NCBI GenBank assembly: GCA_017521965.1
Contig: JAFXAY010000097.1
Coordinates: 13,370-77,369, forward strand
DNA length: 64,000 bases
Direction: 5' to 3'
Origin: Tidjanibacter sp.
GTDB taxonomy: Bacteria; Bacteroidota; Bacteroidia; Bacteroidales; Rikenellaceae
Numbering within the stretch: position 1 is the stretch's first letter; every line of letters starts with the position of its first letter. Positions 36,871 to 47,142 of the stretch are shown piece by piece. The position numbers and the translations under genes were made by a program. The notes beneath the pieces were generated by a model, which had not been told where the DNA came from, did no database searches, and worked only from the letters and a program-made list of their open reading frames with translations.

Positions 36871-37891
36871 ACCACTTATTCTTGTTGCGGGTGGGGCGGG
36901 GTATATTGGCTCGCACGTCACTGTGGAGCTCGTTGAGGCGGGCTATGAGGTGCTGGTTGCCGACAACTTCTCCAACTGCGACCGCACCTGCTACAATGGT
37001 GTGCAGCAGATAGTTGGCCGCGAGGTGCCCCTCGTGGAGATCGATTTCTGCGACCGCGAGGCCACTGACCATCTCTTCTCCACCTATCCCATTGCTGCTG
37101 TGATCCATTTTGCGGCCTTCAAGGCTGTTGGCGAGTCTGTCACCGAGCCGCTCAAATACTATCGCAACAACCTCCTCTCGCTGCTCAATGTTGTCGAGTC
37201 GGCCGAGCGCCACGGTTGCCGCAATGTCCTCTTCTCTTCGTCGGCCACTGTCTATGGAGAGGCTGAGGTTCAGCCCGTTACGGAGCAGTCGCCACGCCTG
37301 CCTGCCACCTCGGCATACGGACAGACCAAGCAGATGTCGGAGGATATCCTGCGCGATGTGGTGGCCTCGAAGGGCCTCGTGCGCGGCATTGCCCTGCGCT
37401 ATTTCAACCCCATCGGTGCTCACCCCTCGGCACTCATTGGCGAACTGCCACGCGGTGTGCCCAATAACCTTGTCCCATATATTACCCAGACTGCCATTGG
37501 TAAACGCCAACAGCTCAGCATCTTCGGTGGCGACTATCCCACTCCCGACGGTACCTGCCTGAGGGACTTTATCGATGTTGTTGACCTGGCACGTGCCCAC
37601 GTCGCTGCGGTGACTCGTATGGTGGAGGATAAGATGGAGGCACCATACGAGATTTTCAATGTCGGCACGGGTACGCCGGTGTCGGTTATGCAACTTGTTG
37701 AAGCATTTGAGAGGGTTAATGGGCTGAAACTCAACTATAAGGTCGTTGACCGCCGTCCTGGCGATATTGTTGCTATCTGGGCCGATACCTCGCTTGCCGA
37801 ACAGAAATTGGGCTGGAAGGCCACCCGCACCCTCGACGAAACCCTTGCCTCGGCTTGGGCTTGGGAGCGCCACCTGGCCGAGAAGAAATAG
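36860..37891 (+). CDS. galE: UDP-glucose 4-epimerase
   Basis: VAGGAGYIGSH, SSSATVYG and YGQTK motifs. Confidence 0.95.
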   Translation: MSAKPLILVAGGAGYIGSHVTVELVEAGYEVLVADNFSNCDRTCYNGVQQIVGREVPLVEIDFCDREATDHLFSTYPIAAVIHFAAFKAVGESVTEPLKYYRNNLLSLLNVVESAERHGCRNVLFSSSATVYGEAEVQPVTEQSPRLPATSAYGQTKQMSEDILRDVVASKGLVRGIALRYFNPIGAHPSALIGELPRGVPNNLVPYITQTAIGKRQQLSIFGGDYPTPDGTCLRDFIDVVDLARAHVAAVTRMVEDKMEAPYEIFNVGTGTPVSVMQLVEAFERVNGLKLNYKVVDRRPGDIVAIWADTSLAEQKLGWKATRTLDETLASAWAWERHLAEKK

Positions 37892-37912
37892 CCACTACAC
37901 CATCTACCAAAT

Positions 37913-37956
37913 AGAGTGGGGCAGACCTCTTGTGGGTTTGCCCCACTCTCTTTTTG
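37913..37956 (+). terminator. intrinsic terminator ending the polysaccharide locus
   Basis: 10-bp stem AGAGTGGGGC/GCCCCACTCT followed by CTTTTT. Confidence 0.6.
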
Positions 37957-38024
37957 GTAGGACATAGTTTGCATTATTGAAGTTTTTTGTTATTTTTGTA
38001 AATAACCATTAAAAATATATTGTT

Positions 38025-38468
38025 ATGAAGAAGAATCTATTTTATCTGTTAGGCGCTGCTATTGCGATGATGTTGATTGCCACTTCTTGCAACAAGAAGC
38101 AGGCACTCGAAGACCAAGTTGTCGGTAAATGGGAGAGTACCAGCATTACCCTGAAAGAGTATGTCGATGGAGAGTTAATGTTGGAAACCACAATACCAGG
38201 TAATACCATTGCCTACAAATTTACATTCAATGCCAATGGAACAGGGCAAATTGGTGTAGCAATGGACGGTGAAGAGGATTCCGAATCGATTACTTGGTAT
38301 GTTGATGAAGAAGAGTTGATACTCAGTACCGGTGCCTATGATGAGCCTATTGTGCTCGATGTTCTATCTATCGGTCGTTCGGATATGGAGTTACGCCAGG
38401 TCAATGATTATAGCGATCAAGGTATTGACCAATCCGAAGAGATGCTGATTAAATTGAAGAGGTTGTAG
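38025..38468 (+). CDS. small lipoprotein (lipocalin-like)
   Basis: Lipobox MMLIATSC. 147 aa with a beta-rich pattern. Confidence 0.65.
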   Translation: MKKNLFYLLGAAIAMMLIATSCNKKQALEDQVVGKWESTSITLKEYVDGELMLETTIPGNTIAYKFTFNANGTGQIGVAMDGEEDSESITWYVDEEELILSTGAYDEPIVLDVLSIGRSDMELRQVNDYSDQGIDQSEEMLIKLKRL

Positions 38469-38538
38469 TCTTAGGCCGATTTTACCTAATGTAAAATGGG
38501 TCGCGAGTTCGATTTCACCACAACATAAAAACAAAAAA

Positions 38539-38568
38539 GGAAACCGTTAAGGTTTCCTTTTTGTTTTT
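38539..38568. terminator. bidirectional terminator
   Basis: Stem GGAAACC/GGTTTCC flanked by an A-run and a T-run. Confidence 0.6.
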
Positions 38569-38569
38569 G

Positions 38570-38643
38570 CGGTATGGACGAGACTCGAACTCGCGACCCC
38601 CTGCGTGACAGGCAGGTATTCTAACCAGCTGAACTACCACACC
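38570..38643 (-). tRNA. tRNA-Asp (GTC)
   Basis: Hand-folded cloverleaf: acceptor GGTGTGG/CCATACC, anticodon arm CCTGC-CTGTCAC-GCAGG, T-loop TTCGAGT. CCA is not encoded. Confidence 0.9.
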
Positions 38644-38733
38644 GTGCTTATTTTTTCAGCGTCACAAAGGTAAGAATAATTCTTAATTCTGCAAAACTTT
38701 TGCCAAAAAAAACGCATTTTTTTTAATAAAAAA

Positions 38734-39315
38734 TTACTCTTCGGCCTCCTCCTCGGCTGTCGGCTCCTCCGAGCGTTGAGGCTCGGCAGTGAAGATAGAG
38801 AAGTTGACGCTACCATAACTTCTTGTTTGCCAAAAGTTTGGGTGCTCCTCGAAGCGTTTACGGTCCGAATGCTCAAAAATGAGCAGTCCATCCTCTCTGA
38901 GCAGCCCTTTTTCGAAGACCAAGTCAATCACCTGCTCTGCGCCCTGCAAGTCGTAAGGTGCATCGGAGAAAATCACGTCAAACTGTTTGGCGCAACTCTT
39001 CAAATAGAGAAACACGTTAGCCTTCAAGGCGTGCAGCTGCCCGAAGCCCAACTGCTCGGCAGTCTTGCGGATAAAGGCGTGGTGCACCGCATTAATCTCC
39101 ACCGAGGTGACATTTCGCGCACCGCGTGAGCAGAACTCATAGCTGATAGAGCCCGTACCCGAGAAGAGGTCGAGCACATCTATCTCCTCCCAATCGACCA
39201 GATTGCCCAAGACGTTAAACAGATTCTCCTTTGCAAAATCTGTGGTGGGCCTTGCTCGCAGGTTCTTCGGGGGGACTATTGTACGTCCTCTATATTTGCC
39301 GCTGACTATTCGCAT
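38734..39315 (-). CDS. rsmD: 16S rRNA (guanine966-N2)-methyltransferase
   Basis: MRIVSGKYRGR start, DLFSGTGS and SDAPY motifs. The longer ORF to 39759 is an upstream read-through of the frame. Confidence 0.9.
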   Translation of the reverse strand: MRIVSGKYRGRTIVPPKNLRARPTTDFAKENLFNVLGNLVDWEEIDVLDLFSGTGSISYEFCSRGARNVTSVEINAVHHAFIRKTAEQLGFGQLHALKANVFLYLKSCAKQFDVIFSDAPYDLQGAEQVIDLVFEKGLLREDGLLIFEHSDRKRFEEHPNFWQTRSYGSVNFSIFTAEPQRSEEPTAEEEAEE

Positions 39316-39341
39316 ATCTCTTATATATAATATAGGTATAA

Positions 39342-39962
39342 CTATTCCAACACCGTCTTGCCGAAGTAACGTTTCACCTCCTTGCGCAACTCGGCGGCTT
39401 GTCGGCCGCTCAGCCAGACTCTGCCACCCTCCAAGGGATACTCCTCTTTCACCGTAGCCAGCGAGTAGAGCAGGTCGGCAGGGGTGGGGCAGTGGAGTGC
39501 CGCAGCGTAGAGCATAGCACCCTCGCGTGATGCCACAACGTAGAGGTGACGCTTGGTGAGGATAAGTGTGTAGCCCGTGCGCTTCTGGCCTGTGGTGCGC
39601 TCGGCGGCAGCCACAAGTGGCGAAGTGTAACGCAGAGCCAGGCCACCGTGGCGCTTGGTGATGCGCTCGATGGCGACAGTGGGTAGCAACGCAGCAAGTC
39701 GCCACGCTCCGGCTGCCGACTCCACAATCTGCATCTCGTCGCCCTTGGCTACGCCACACATAGCAAATGCCTCCTCGGCACTTGGACCCTCGGTAGCGGG
39801 CAATAGCATCTGCTGCGGAGTGTCGATACTGACCTCCACGATAGACTCACCGCCCTCGGTGAGTGTTGCCTCTGTCAGAGAAAAAGATTGTCCATCCGAC
39901 CCTTGTCGAATGGACAATCCGTATCTGATATTGGCAACTTGATTACTCCCAGTTACCTGCAT
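39342..39962 (-). CDS. DUF3822-like protein
   Basis: N-terminal YGLSIRQGSDGQSFSL resembles the DUF3822 start. Its position next to rsmD is typical for Bacteroidetes. Confidence 0.65.
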   Translation of the reverse strand: MQVTGSNQVANIRYGLSIRQGSDGQSFSLTEATLTEGGESIVEVSIDTPQQMLLPATEGPSAEEAFAMCGVAKGDEMQIVESAAGAWRLAALLPTVAIERITKRHGGLALRYTSPLVAAAERTTGQKRTGYTLILTKRHLYVVASREGAMLYAAALHCPTPADLLYSLATVKEEYPLEGGRVWLSGRQAAELRKEVKRYFGKTVLE

Positions 39963-40569
39963 CGTTAGTAGCCTGATACATATCACCAACCTTTACGCCG
40001 GGGTAACGGTTGAGGTTCTTCTCAGAGTCAATCAGGTTAACCAACTCCTGGTGCGAGAGGTCAGCCATAAAGGTCTTGTAAGGAGCCTTGCACTCGAATA
40101 CGGGAACGACAACCTTCGACTCGGTGGTCAACTCGCCAGCATCCATAATAAACTCTGCGCCATTACCGTAGGGGATAAGCTTGAACTGCTTAACATCCTC
40201 GGGAGTTACCTTCTTGGTACCGAAGATAGTGTCGATTACGTTCATAGTGATAATCTCCACGTTCTTCAAACCCTTCTTCTTCAACTCTGCCATTGCAGCC
40301 GAGTCATCCTCCGATACAAGGCGCTTCTCATAGTCGATAGTACCGTTGAGTACGAAATCGATCAGAGTGTCCATACTGGGAGTGTAGCGCTGGTGTACCT
40401 GCTTGTAGGCACGCTGAGCGGTACGGATGTCTTTGATACGGTCAACAACAGCCTCCTTGCGGACGGTGAGCTCCTTGTTGAAGGTAGTGGTAGAGGTAAC
40501 CTGATTGTAAATCACATAGGCCAGACCGATGATTACGAGGCCCAAAACAATTTGTAAAACCTTTTTCAT
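39943..40569 (-). CDS. membrane-anchored hypothetical protein
   Basis: ATG at 40569 gives MKKVLQIVLGLVIIGLAYVIY (an N-terminal TM helix). No motif recognised. Confidence 0.65.
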   Translation of the reverse strand: MKKVLQIVLGLVIIGLAYVIYNQVTSTTTFNKELTVRKEAVVDRIKDIRTAQRAYKQVHQRYTPSMDTLIDFVLNGTIDYEKRLVSEDDSAAMAELKKKGLKNVEIITMNVIDTIFGTKKVTPEDVKQFKLIPYGNGAEFIMDAGELTTESKVVVPVFECKAPYKTFMADLSHQELVNLIDSEKNLNRYPGVKVGDMYQATNDAGNWE

Positions 40570-40637
40570 TTCTATTAATAATTTTATTAAGTTTGTATTC
40601 AATTCAACGCGCTAACCACACTAAACCAAGTCGGCAA

Positions 40638-42068
40638 ATGATTAACGACCATATCAAGTCCCAAATTTACAGCAAATTTTCTTTTACTCCAACAAATGGA
40701 CAAAATAAAATTATAGAAAATTTAGCAAATTGGATTTCCGAGCCCGATTTTGACACCATTTTCATACTAAATGGCTATGCAGGTACCGGAAAAACCACCT
40801 TGATATCGGCATTTGCCCACACACTCGCCGAGTTGCGCATCAAACCGATACTGCTTGCACCGACCGGTCGTGCCGCCAAGGTTATAGCCCAAATGACGGG
40901 TATGCCGGCCCACACAATCCACAAAAGAATCTACCGTCAGAAGTCACTCGCCGATGCCGAGGCGCGCTTCTCGCTCAACTTTAACAAGGAGAAAGATGCG
41001 GTCTTCATCATCGACGAGGCCTCGATGATTGCCGACTACTCGATAGATGGCTCAATCTTCGGTAGTGGCTCTCTGCTCGACGACCTCTTTGAGTATGTGC
41101 GCAGTGGTGAGCGATGCCGAATAATGTTTGTGGGCGATGCTGCTCAGCTCCCACCCGTGGGTCACGAGCTGAGCCCTGCGCTCAACCCCGAGCGTATGAA
41201 GGCTTTCGGGCAGGTGATTTACGAAACCCTCGACGAGGTGGTGCGCCAGCAGATGGACTCGGGTATTCTCTTCAACGCTACTATGGTGCGCTGTATGCTC
41301 GATGCGGGTATCTACGAGATACCGCTCTTCGACACCTCTTTCCCCGATTTCAAGGCCATCAGTGGTGCCGAGGTGTTGGAGAAGGTGGAGGAGTGCTACT
41401 CCCGCTATGGGCGTGACGATGTGATAGTTATCACTCGCTCCAATAAGCGTGCTAACCGTTTCAATGAGGGTATCCGACGTATCAACCTATGTGCCGAGGA
41501 GGAGATTGAGTCGGGCGATATGCTGATGGTCGTGAAGAACAACTACCACTTCACCGAGCGCGAGGAGGATTGCAAAATCGACTTTGTGGCCAATGGCGAC
41601 ACTGCACGCCTGATGCGTATCCGTCGCTACTACGACCTCTATGGCTTCCGCTTTGCCGATGCTGTGTTGCGCTTTGCCGACTACGACGACTATGAACTCG
41701 ACTGCAAAATCCTGCTCGACACCCTCTCTTCGGAGGCACCTGCGCTGACCGTTGAACAGAACAAGACGCTCTTCTCGGCCATCGAGGAGGACTACGCCGA
41801 GGTGACAAACAGGCGTGAACGCTATAAGAAGATTCGCGAAGATGCCTTCTACAACGCTATGCAGGTTAAGTTTGGCTATGCTGTCACCTGCCACAAGGCA
41901 CAGGGTGGACAGTGGAGTGCGGTCTTTGTGGATAAGATGCTCTTTGGCGACGAGGAGATTTCGCGCGACCTTTTGCGTTGGCTCTACACCGCCATCACCC
42001 GCGCCACCGAGCGACTCTATCTGGTCAACTTCGACGACCGCTTCTTGGCCGAGCCTGCGGAGGAGTAG
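40638..42068 (+). CDS. RecD-like superfamily 1 DNA helicase
   Basis: Walker A LNGYAGTGKTT, DEASM, and C-terminal CHKAQGGQW. Confidence 0.85.
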   Translation: MINDHIKSQIYSKFSFTPTNGQNKIIENLANWISEPDFDTIFILNGYAGTGKTTLISAFAHTLAELRIKPILLAPTGRAAKVIAQMTGMPAHTIHKRIYRQKSLADAEARFSLNFNKEKDAVFIIDEASMIADYSIDGSIFGSGSLLDDLFEYVRSGERCRIMFVGDAAQLPPVGHELSPALNPERMKAFGQVIYETLDEVVRQQMDSGILFNATMVRCMLDAGIYEIPLFDTSFPDFKAISGAEVLEKVEECYSRYGRDDVIVITRSNKRANRFNEGIRRINLCAEEEIESGDMLMVVKNNYHFTEREEDCKIDFVANGDTARLMRIRRYYDLYGFRFADAVLRFADYDDYELDCKILLDTLSSEAPALTVEQNKTLFSAIEEDYAEVTNRRERYKKIREDAFYNAMQVKFGYAVTCHKAQGGQWSAVFVDKMLFGDEEISRDLLRWLYTAITRATERLYLVNFDDRFLAEPAEE

Positions 42069-42091
42069 ATATTGCTACTACAATATAACAA

Positions 42092-42128
42092 GAAAGGCTG
42101 TCCCTCAATGTGGAACAGCCTTTTCTTA
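42092..42128. terminator. bidirectional terminator
   Basis: 9-bp stem AAAGGCTGT/ACAGCCTTT between convergent genes. Confidence 0.6.
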
Positions 42129-42145
42129 TTGGCGTAATATAGTAA

Positions 42146-43141
42146 TTACTCAGCCTTACCTGCGCTACCCAGAACGTTCTCGCACTTGTGCATATAGAGC
42201 TTCTTCAACTCGTCACGAGCGGGACCCAGATATTTGCGGGGATCGAACTCGGCAGGATTCTCAACGAAAATCTTGCGAACAGCAGCGGTCATAGCCAGAC
42301 GACCGTCGGAGTCGATGTTGATCTTGCAAACTGCGCTTGCAGCAGCCTTGCGCAACTGCTCCTCGGGAATACCTACTGCATCCTTCAAAGCGCCACCGTG
42401 GGTGTTGATGATCTTAACATACTCCTGAGGTACGCTCGACGAACCGTGGAGTACGATGGGGAAACCGGGGAGCTGCTTCTCGATCTCCTCGAGGATGTCG
42501 AAACGCAACTCGGGGGGAACGAGGATACCATCAGCATTGCGGGTGCACTGCTCGGGTTTGAACTTGTTAGCACCGTGCGAAGTACCAATCGAGATAGCCA
42601 ACGAGTCAACGCCGGTCTTGGTAACGAAGTCAACAACCTCCTCGGGACGGGTGTAGTGAGCAACCTCCGACGAAACCTCGTCCTCAACGCCTGCCAATAC
42701 ACCGAGCTCGCCCTCAACAGTTACGTCGAACTGGTGAGCGTACTCAACAACCTGCTTGGTCAGAGCCACGTTCTCCTCGTAGGGGAGGTGGCTACCGTCG
42801 ATCATAACCGACGAGAAGCCCATATCGATACAGCTCTTGCAAAGCTCGAACGAGTTACCGTGGTCGAGGTGCAGAACGATAGGAATGTTCTTGCCCAACT
42901 CCTTTGCATACTCAACAGCACCCTGAGCCATATAGCGGAGGAGGGTCTGGTTAGCATACTTACGAGCACCGCTCGATACCTGCAAGATAACGGGCGACGA
43001 GCACTCAACGCAAGCCGAGATGATAGCCTGCATCTGCTCCATATTGTTGAAGTTAAATGCGGGGATAGCGTAGCCACCCTCAATTGCTTTTGCGAACATC
43101 TCACGGGTGTTCACAAGACCTAAATCTTTGTAAGATACCAT
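42146..43141 (-). CDS. fba: class II fructose-1,6-bisphosphate aldolase
   Basis: AIPAFNFNNMEQ, LHLDHG and LHGSSSVP motifs. Confidence 0.95.
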   Translation of the reverse strand: MVSYKDLGLVNTREMFAKAIEGGYAIPAFNFNNMEQMQAIISACVECSSPVILQVSSGARKYANQTLLRYMAQGAVEYAKELGKNIPIVLHLDHGNSFELCKSCIDMGFSSVMIDGSHLPYEENVALTKQVVEYAHQFDVTVEGELGVLAGVEDEVSSEVAHYTRPEEVVDFVTKTGVDSLAISIGTSHGANKFKPEQCTRNADGILVPPELRFDILEEIEKQLPGFPIVLHGSSSVPQEYVKIINTHGGALKDAVGIPEEQLRKAAASAVCKINIDSDGRLAMTAAVRKIFVENPAEFDPRKYLGPARDELKKLYMHKCENVLGSAGKAE

Positions 43142-43414
43142 AACTTTTGGTTGTGTTTATTGTGTTAAACTTTAAGTGTTTCAGTCGTTTATCCTGTTTT
43201 GCGCAAATACTATGCAACAAAAATCTCACAAAAATACACATTTCTTTGGACATTATCTACTTTTAGTGGCGGAAAAAAGCACTTCGAGGTGCTTTTTTTA
43301 TGCTTTGTTGGTGTGGCACTTTGGTAGAAAATATGTACCTTTGTTGTTTGGATAGAATATCCGAAGCACAAGAGAGAGAACAAACAATATAATAACACAA
43401 AAAAACGAAAGAAA

Positions 43415-45025
43415 ATGGCTGAATTTATCTATCAGGAGCCCTTCCCACTGGGCGAAGATACTACCGAGTATCGCCTGCTTACCAAAGAGTATGTGAAAGA
43501 GATTGAGTGCGACGGTCGCAAAATCCTCAAAGTAGAGCGCGAGGGTCTGGAACTCCTTGCCCGTGAGGCATTTACCGACGTATCGTTCTACTTGCGTGCA
43601 TCGCACTTGCAGAAACTTGCCGATATCCTTGCCGACCCCGAGGCAAGCGACAACGATAAGTTTGTGGCATACACTATGTTGCGCAACCAGGTGACAGCAG
43701 CCGAGGGTCAGCTCCCCACCTGTCAGGACACCGGTACCGCTATCGCAATCGGTAAGAAAGGCGAAGACGTATATACCGGCATCGACGACGCTGAGGCCAT
43801 CACCCGTGGTGTTTACGAGACCTATCGCGACCGTAACCTCCGCTACTCGCAGGTTGTACCCTTCACTATGACCGACGAGAAGAATAGTGGCACCAACCTC
43901 CCCGCACAGATTGACCTCTACGCTACTCAGGGTAACGAGTACAAGTTCCTCTTCATCACCAAGGGTGGCGGTTCGGCAAATAAGACCTTCCTCTATCAGC
44001 AGACCAAGGCTCTGCTCAACGAGGAGTCGCTCACCAAGTTCATCAAGGAGAAGATTAAGGATCTCGGTACTTCGGCTTGTCCTCCCTACCACTTGGCACT
44101 CGTAGTTGGTGGTACTTCGGCTGAGGCTAACCTCGCAGCAGTGAAGAAGGCTTCGGCTGGTTACTTCGACTCGCTGCCCACCAGCGGTAACGAGGGTGGT
44201 CGTGCCTTCCGCGACTTGGAGTGGGAGGAGAAGGTGCTGAAAATCTGCCGCGAGAGTGGTGTAGGTGCTCAGTTTGGTGGTAAGTACCTCGTTCACGACG
44301 TGAGAGTTATCCGTATGCCTCGCCACGCTGCATCGTGCCCCGTAGGTATCGGTGTAAGCTGCTCGGCCGACCGTAACATCAAGGCGAAGATTACCCGCGA
44401 CGGTATCTTCTTGGAGCAGTTGGAGAAGAATCCCGCTCGTTTCCTCCCCGCCGATGCTCCCTGTATGAAACCCGCAGTGGAGATCGACCTCGACGAGGGT
44501 ATGGACAAGGTGCTCGAAACCCTCTCGAAGTACCCCATCAAGACCCGTCTGAACGTGAAGGGTACTCTGATTGTGGCACGCGACATCGCTCACGCAAAGA
44601 TTAAAGAGATTCTCGATAGCGGCAAGCCTATGCCCGACTACTTCAAGAATCACCCCGTATATTATGCAGGTCCCGCCAAGACTCCCGCAGGTATGGCATC
44701 GGGTAGCTTCGGCCCCACCACCGCAGGTCGTATGGACCCCTACGTTGACCTCTTCCAGAGCAAGGGTGGCTCGATGGTGATGGTGGCTAAGGGTAACCGC
44801 TCGCAGGAGGTGACCGATGCTTGCCAGAAGCACGGTGGTTTCTACCTCGGCTCGATTGGTGGACCCGCTGCTATCTTGGCTAAGGAGAGTATCAAGACCG
44901 TTGAGGTTGTTGACTTCCCCGAGCTTGGTATGGAGGCAGTGCGCAAAATCTATGTGGAGAACTTCCCCGCCTTTATCATTGTTGACGATAAGGGTAATGA
45001 CTTCTTCGCAGACTTCAAACACTAA
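43415..45025 (+). CDS. class I (Fe-S) fumarate hydratase
   Basis: 536 aa. TCQDTGTAI motif. Fused alpha and beta domains. Confidence 0.95.
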   Translation: MAEFIYQEPFPLGEDTTEYRLLTKEYVKEIECDGRKILKVEREGLELLAREAFTDVSFYLRASHLQKLADILADPEASDNDKFVAYTMLRNQVTAAEGQLPTCQDTGTAIAIGKKGEDVYTGIDDAEAITRGVYETYRDRNLRYSQVVPFTMTDEKNSGTNLPAQIDLYATQGNEYKFLFITKGGGSANKTFLYQQTKALLNEESLTKFIKEKIKDLGTSACPPYHLALVVGGTSAEANLAAVKKASAGYFDSLPTSGNEGGRAFRDLEWEEKVLKICRESGVGAQFGGKYLVHDVRVIRMPRHAASCPVGIGVSCSADRNIKAKITRDGIFLEQLEKNPARFLPADAPCMKPAVEIDLDEGMDKVLETLSKYPIKTRLNVKGTLIVARDIAHAKIKEILDSGKPMPDYFKNHPVYYAGPAKTPAGMASGSFGPTTAGRMDPYVDLFQSKGGSMVMVAKGNRSQEVTDACQKHGGFYLGSIGGPAAILAKESIKTVEVVDFPELGMEAVRKIYVENFPAFIIVDDKGNDFFADFKH

Positions 45026-45287
45026 GAAGCGTCTATAAAAGCGAATTTCTGCGTTACTCTCGACTCGGCGATGCTCATTTACACAGAGTAAACTCCGCTC
45101 GCCTCCTCTTCGAAAGCCTTGAAATTCATCTTTTATAGCCACTCCTAAAAGGAATAATAAAGGTTGTCGCCGCGGTTTCCTGCAAGGGAATCCGCGGTTA
45201 GACAATTTTAGAACGTTTGTTTCGTTACTATTTAGAGATTGTATTCTGCCCGTGCAGAGGCTCTCTCGTCGGACTAAACAATTTGTT

Positions 45288-47138
45288 ATGAAGCGACTGA
45301 TTACACTACTTTTTACACTATTTCTCACGTTGACCCTCTCGGGTCAGGCTGTTGAGTTTACCGTCGATGGACCAAGCGTGGTGACCGTTGGTGAGGTATT
45401 CCGAGTGGAGTTCTCGCTCAACGAGAAGGCCGACTCCTTCACCCCTCCCACCTTCGAGGGCTTCACCGTATTGGCAGGTCCTTCGACCTCGACCTACTCG
45501 CAGCGCAGTATTATTAACGGTCAGATAACCTCCTCGACCACATACGGTTACACCTATGTATTGCAGTGCTCCGAGGCGGGTATCCACACCATTGGCCCAG
45601 CCGAAGCCGAGGCAGGTAAGCAGACGGTGCGTACTCGCCCGTTCAGCATAGAGGCTGTCGCCGACCAGCAGAGCCCCGCAACCCCGCAGGGAGGTGGCTC
45701 TCCGCAGCAAGGCTCTCCGCAGCAAGGCTCTCCGCAAGGCAGTCAGGGTGTGGTAGCCGATGGCGATGTGGTTTTGCGCTTGGTGGTCGATAGGACCGAG
45801 GTGTGGAAGGGTGAGCCCGTGCGTGCCGCCATTAAACTTTACACCCGCCAATCGTTGAGTGCTGTTGAGGGTGCTAAGTATCCGTCGTTCAACGGTTTCT
45901 GGACTCAGGAACTCAATGCCGATAACTACCAATGGCAGCGCGAGAACTACAACAATCGCGTCTATGATGCCCGTATCCTCCGCGAGTGGCTCATCTTCCC
46001 GCAGCAGTCGGGAGCGCTCGAAGTGGAGCGTACCGAGATGACCGCCATTGTCCAGATTGTGACCCGCTCGCGTAGCCAGTCGCTCTTCGACGACTTCTTC
46101 GGTGGTGGCCCATCGGTGCAGGAGATTCCCATCTCGCTTGTGGCTCCCGCGGTGAAGATTAATGTTAAGGAGTTGCCCGCAGGTGCTCCTGCCGACTTTG
46201 CTGGTGCGGTGGGTAGCTTCGATATGGCTGTCACACTGCCTACCGAGGAGATGGTGGCAAATAGTGCTGTGGACTATGTGGTGCGCATCTCGGGCGAGGG
46301 TAACCTGCCGCTTGTGCAAGCACCCAAGTTGTCGCTTCCCACGTCGTTTGAGCAGTACAACATCAAGACTACCGAGAGCCTCAATGCCACTCAGGGTGGT
46401 ATCAGTGGTTATCGTCAATTTGAGTACCCGGTGATTGCCCGTGCCGAGGGCGAGTTCGACCTGCCGGCTATCACTTTCAGCTACTTCGACCCGAAGGAGG
46501 CTGCCTATAAGACCCTCTCGTCGGAGGCCCGCACCTATACCGTACTGCCCGATAATTCCTACGCTGGTGGCACTTCGCGTGGTCTGGTGAGTGGTGTCAA
46601 CAAGGAGGATATCAAATTCCTCGGTCAGGATATACGCTTTATCAAAATCGGTAATGGCCACCTCCGCAAAGTTACCAATATCAATATGAGTGTCTTTACC
46701 TATCTGGCTGTGGTACTGCTGATTGTGGTCGCTGCGGTGCTCACCTACGTCTATCTGCGTCGCTATCTCCGCGAGATGCGCAACAATGCGCTGATGAAGG
46801 GCAAACGTGCCAATAAGGTGGCTTTGCAGCGCTTCCGTGCTGCCGAGCGATATATGACCGAGGGCGACCAGCGTGGCTTCTATGAGGAGATGTTGCGCGG
46901 TATGTGGGGCTATGTGAGCGACCGATTCAATATCCCCGTAGCAAACCTCACCAAGGAGAATATCCGCGAGGAACTCGACAAGCAGGGCGTGGAGCAGGCT
47001 GATATTGAGCAGTATATGACCGTCATCAGCGAGTGTGAGTATGCTCAGTATGCCCCTGCTGCGAGTGGCAAGATGCGCGAGATTTATGCTGCCGGTGTGG
47101 AGATAGTATCTAAATTCGAATCCGTAATCCATCGATAG
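45288..47138 (+). CDS. batD: BatD-family (aerotolerance-operon type) protein
   Basis: ATG at 45288 gives a signal peptide (MKRLITLLFTLFLTLTLSGQA). BatD-like N-terminal beta domain and a C-terminal TM helix. Confidence 0.75.
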   Translation: MKRLITLLFTLFLTLTLSGQAVEFTVDGPSVVTVGEVFRVEFSLNEKADSFTPPTFEGFTVLAGPSTSTYSQRSIINGQITSSTTYGYTYVLQCSEAGIHTIGPAEAEAGKQTVRTRPFSIEAVADQQSPATPQGGGSPQQGSPQQGSPQGSQGVVADGDVVLRLVVDRTEVWKGEPVRAAIKLYTRQSLSAVEGAKYPSFNGFWTQELNADNYQWQRENYNNRVYDARILREWLIFPQQSGALEVERTEMTAIVQIVTRSRSQSLFDDFFGGGPSVQEIPISLVAPAVKINVKELPAGAPADFAGAVGSFDMAVTLPTEEMVANSAVDYVVRISGEGNLPLVQAPKLSLPTSFEQYNIKTTESLNATQGGISGYRQFEYPVIARAEGEFDLPAITFSYFDPKEAAYKTLSSEARTYTVLPDNSYAGGTSRGLVSGVNKEDIKFLGQDIRFIKIGNGHLRKVTNINMSVFTYLAVVLLIVVAAVLTYVYLRRYLREMRNNALMKGKRANKVALQRFRAAERYMTEGDQRGFYEEMLRGMWGYVSDRFNIPVANLTKENIREELDKQGVEQADIEQYMTVISECEYAQYAPAASGKMREIYAAGVEIVSKFESVIHR

Positions 47139-47142
47139 ACCT

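Noticed and set aside
38734-39759. 341-aa ORF as the real extent of the rsmD gene.
   Set aside because: The N-terminal 148 residues are Arg/Cys/His-rich nonsense and overlap the DUF3822-like gene in another frame. The recognisable RsmD sequence starts at the ATG at 39315 (MRIVSGKYRGR).
43270-43300. Terminator-like hairpin AGCAC-TTCGAG-GTGCT with A/T runs inside the divergent fba/fumarase promoter region.
   Set aside because: The 5-bp stem is too weak to interpret and has no partner gene. It is probably incidental.
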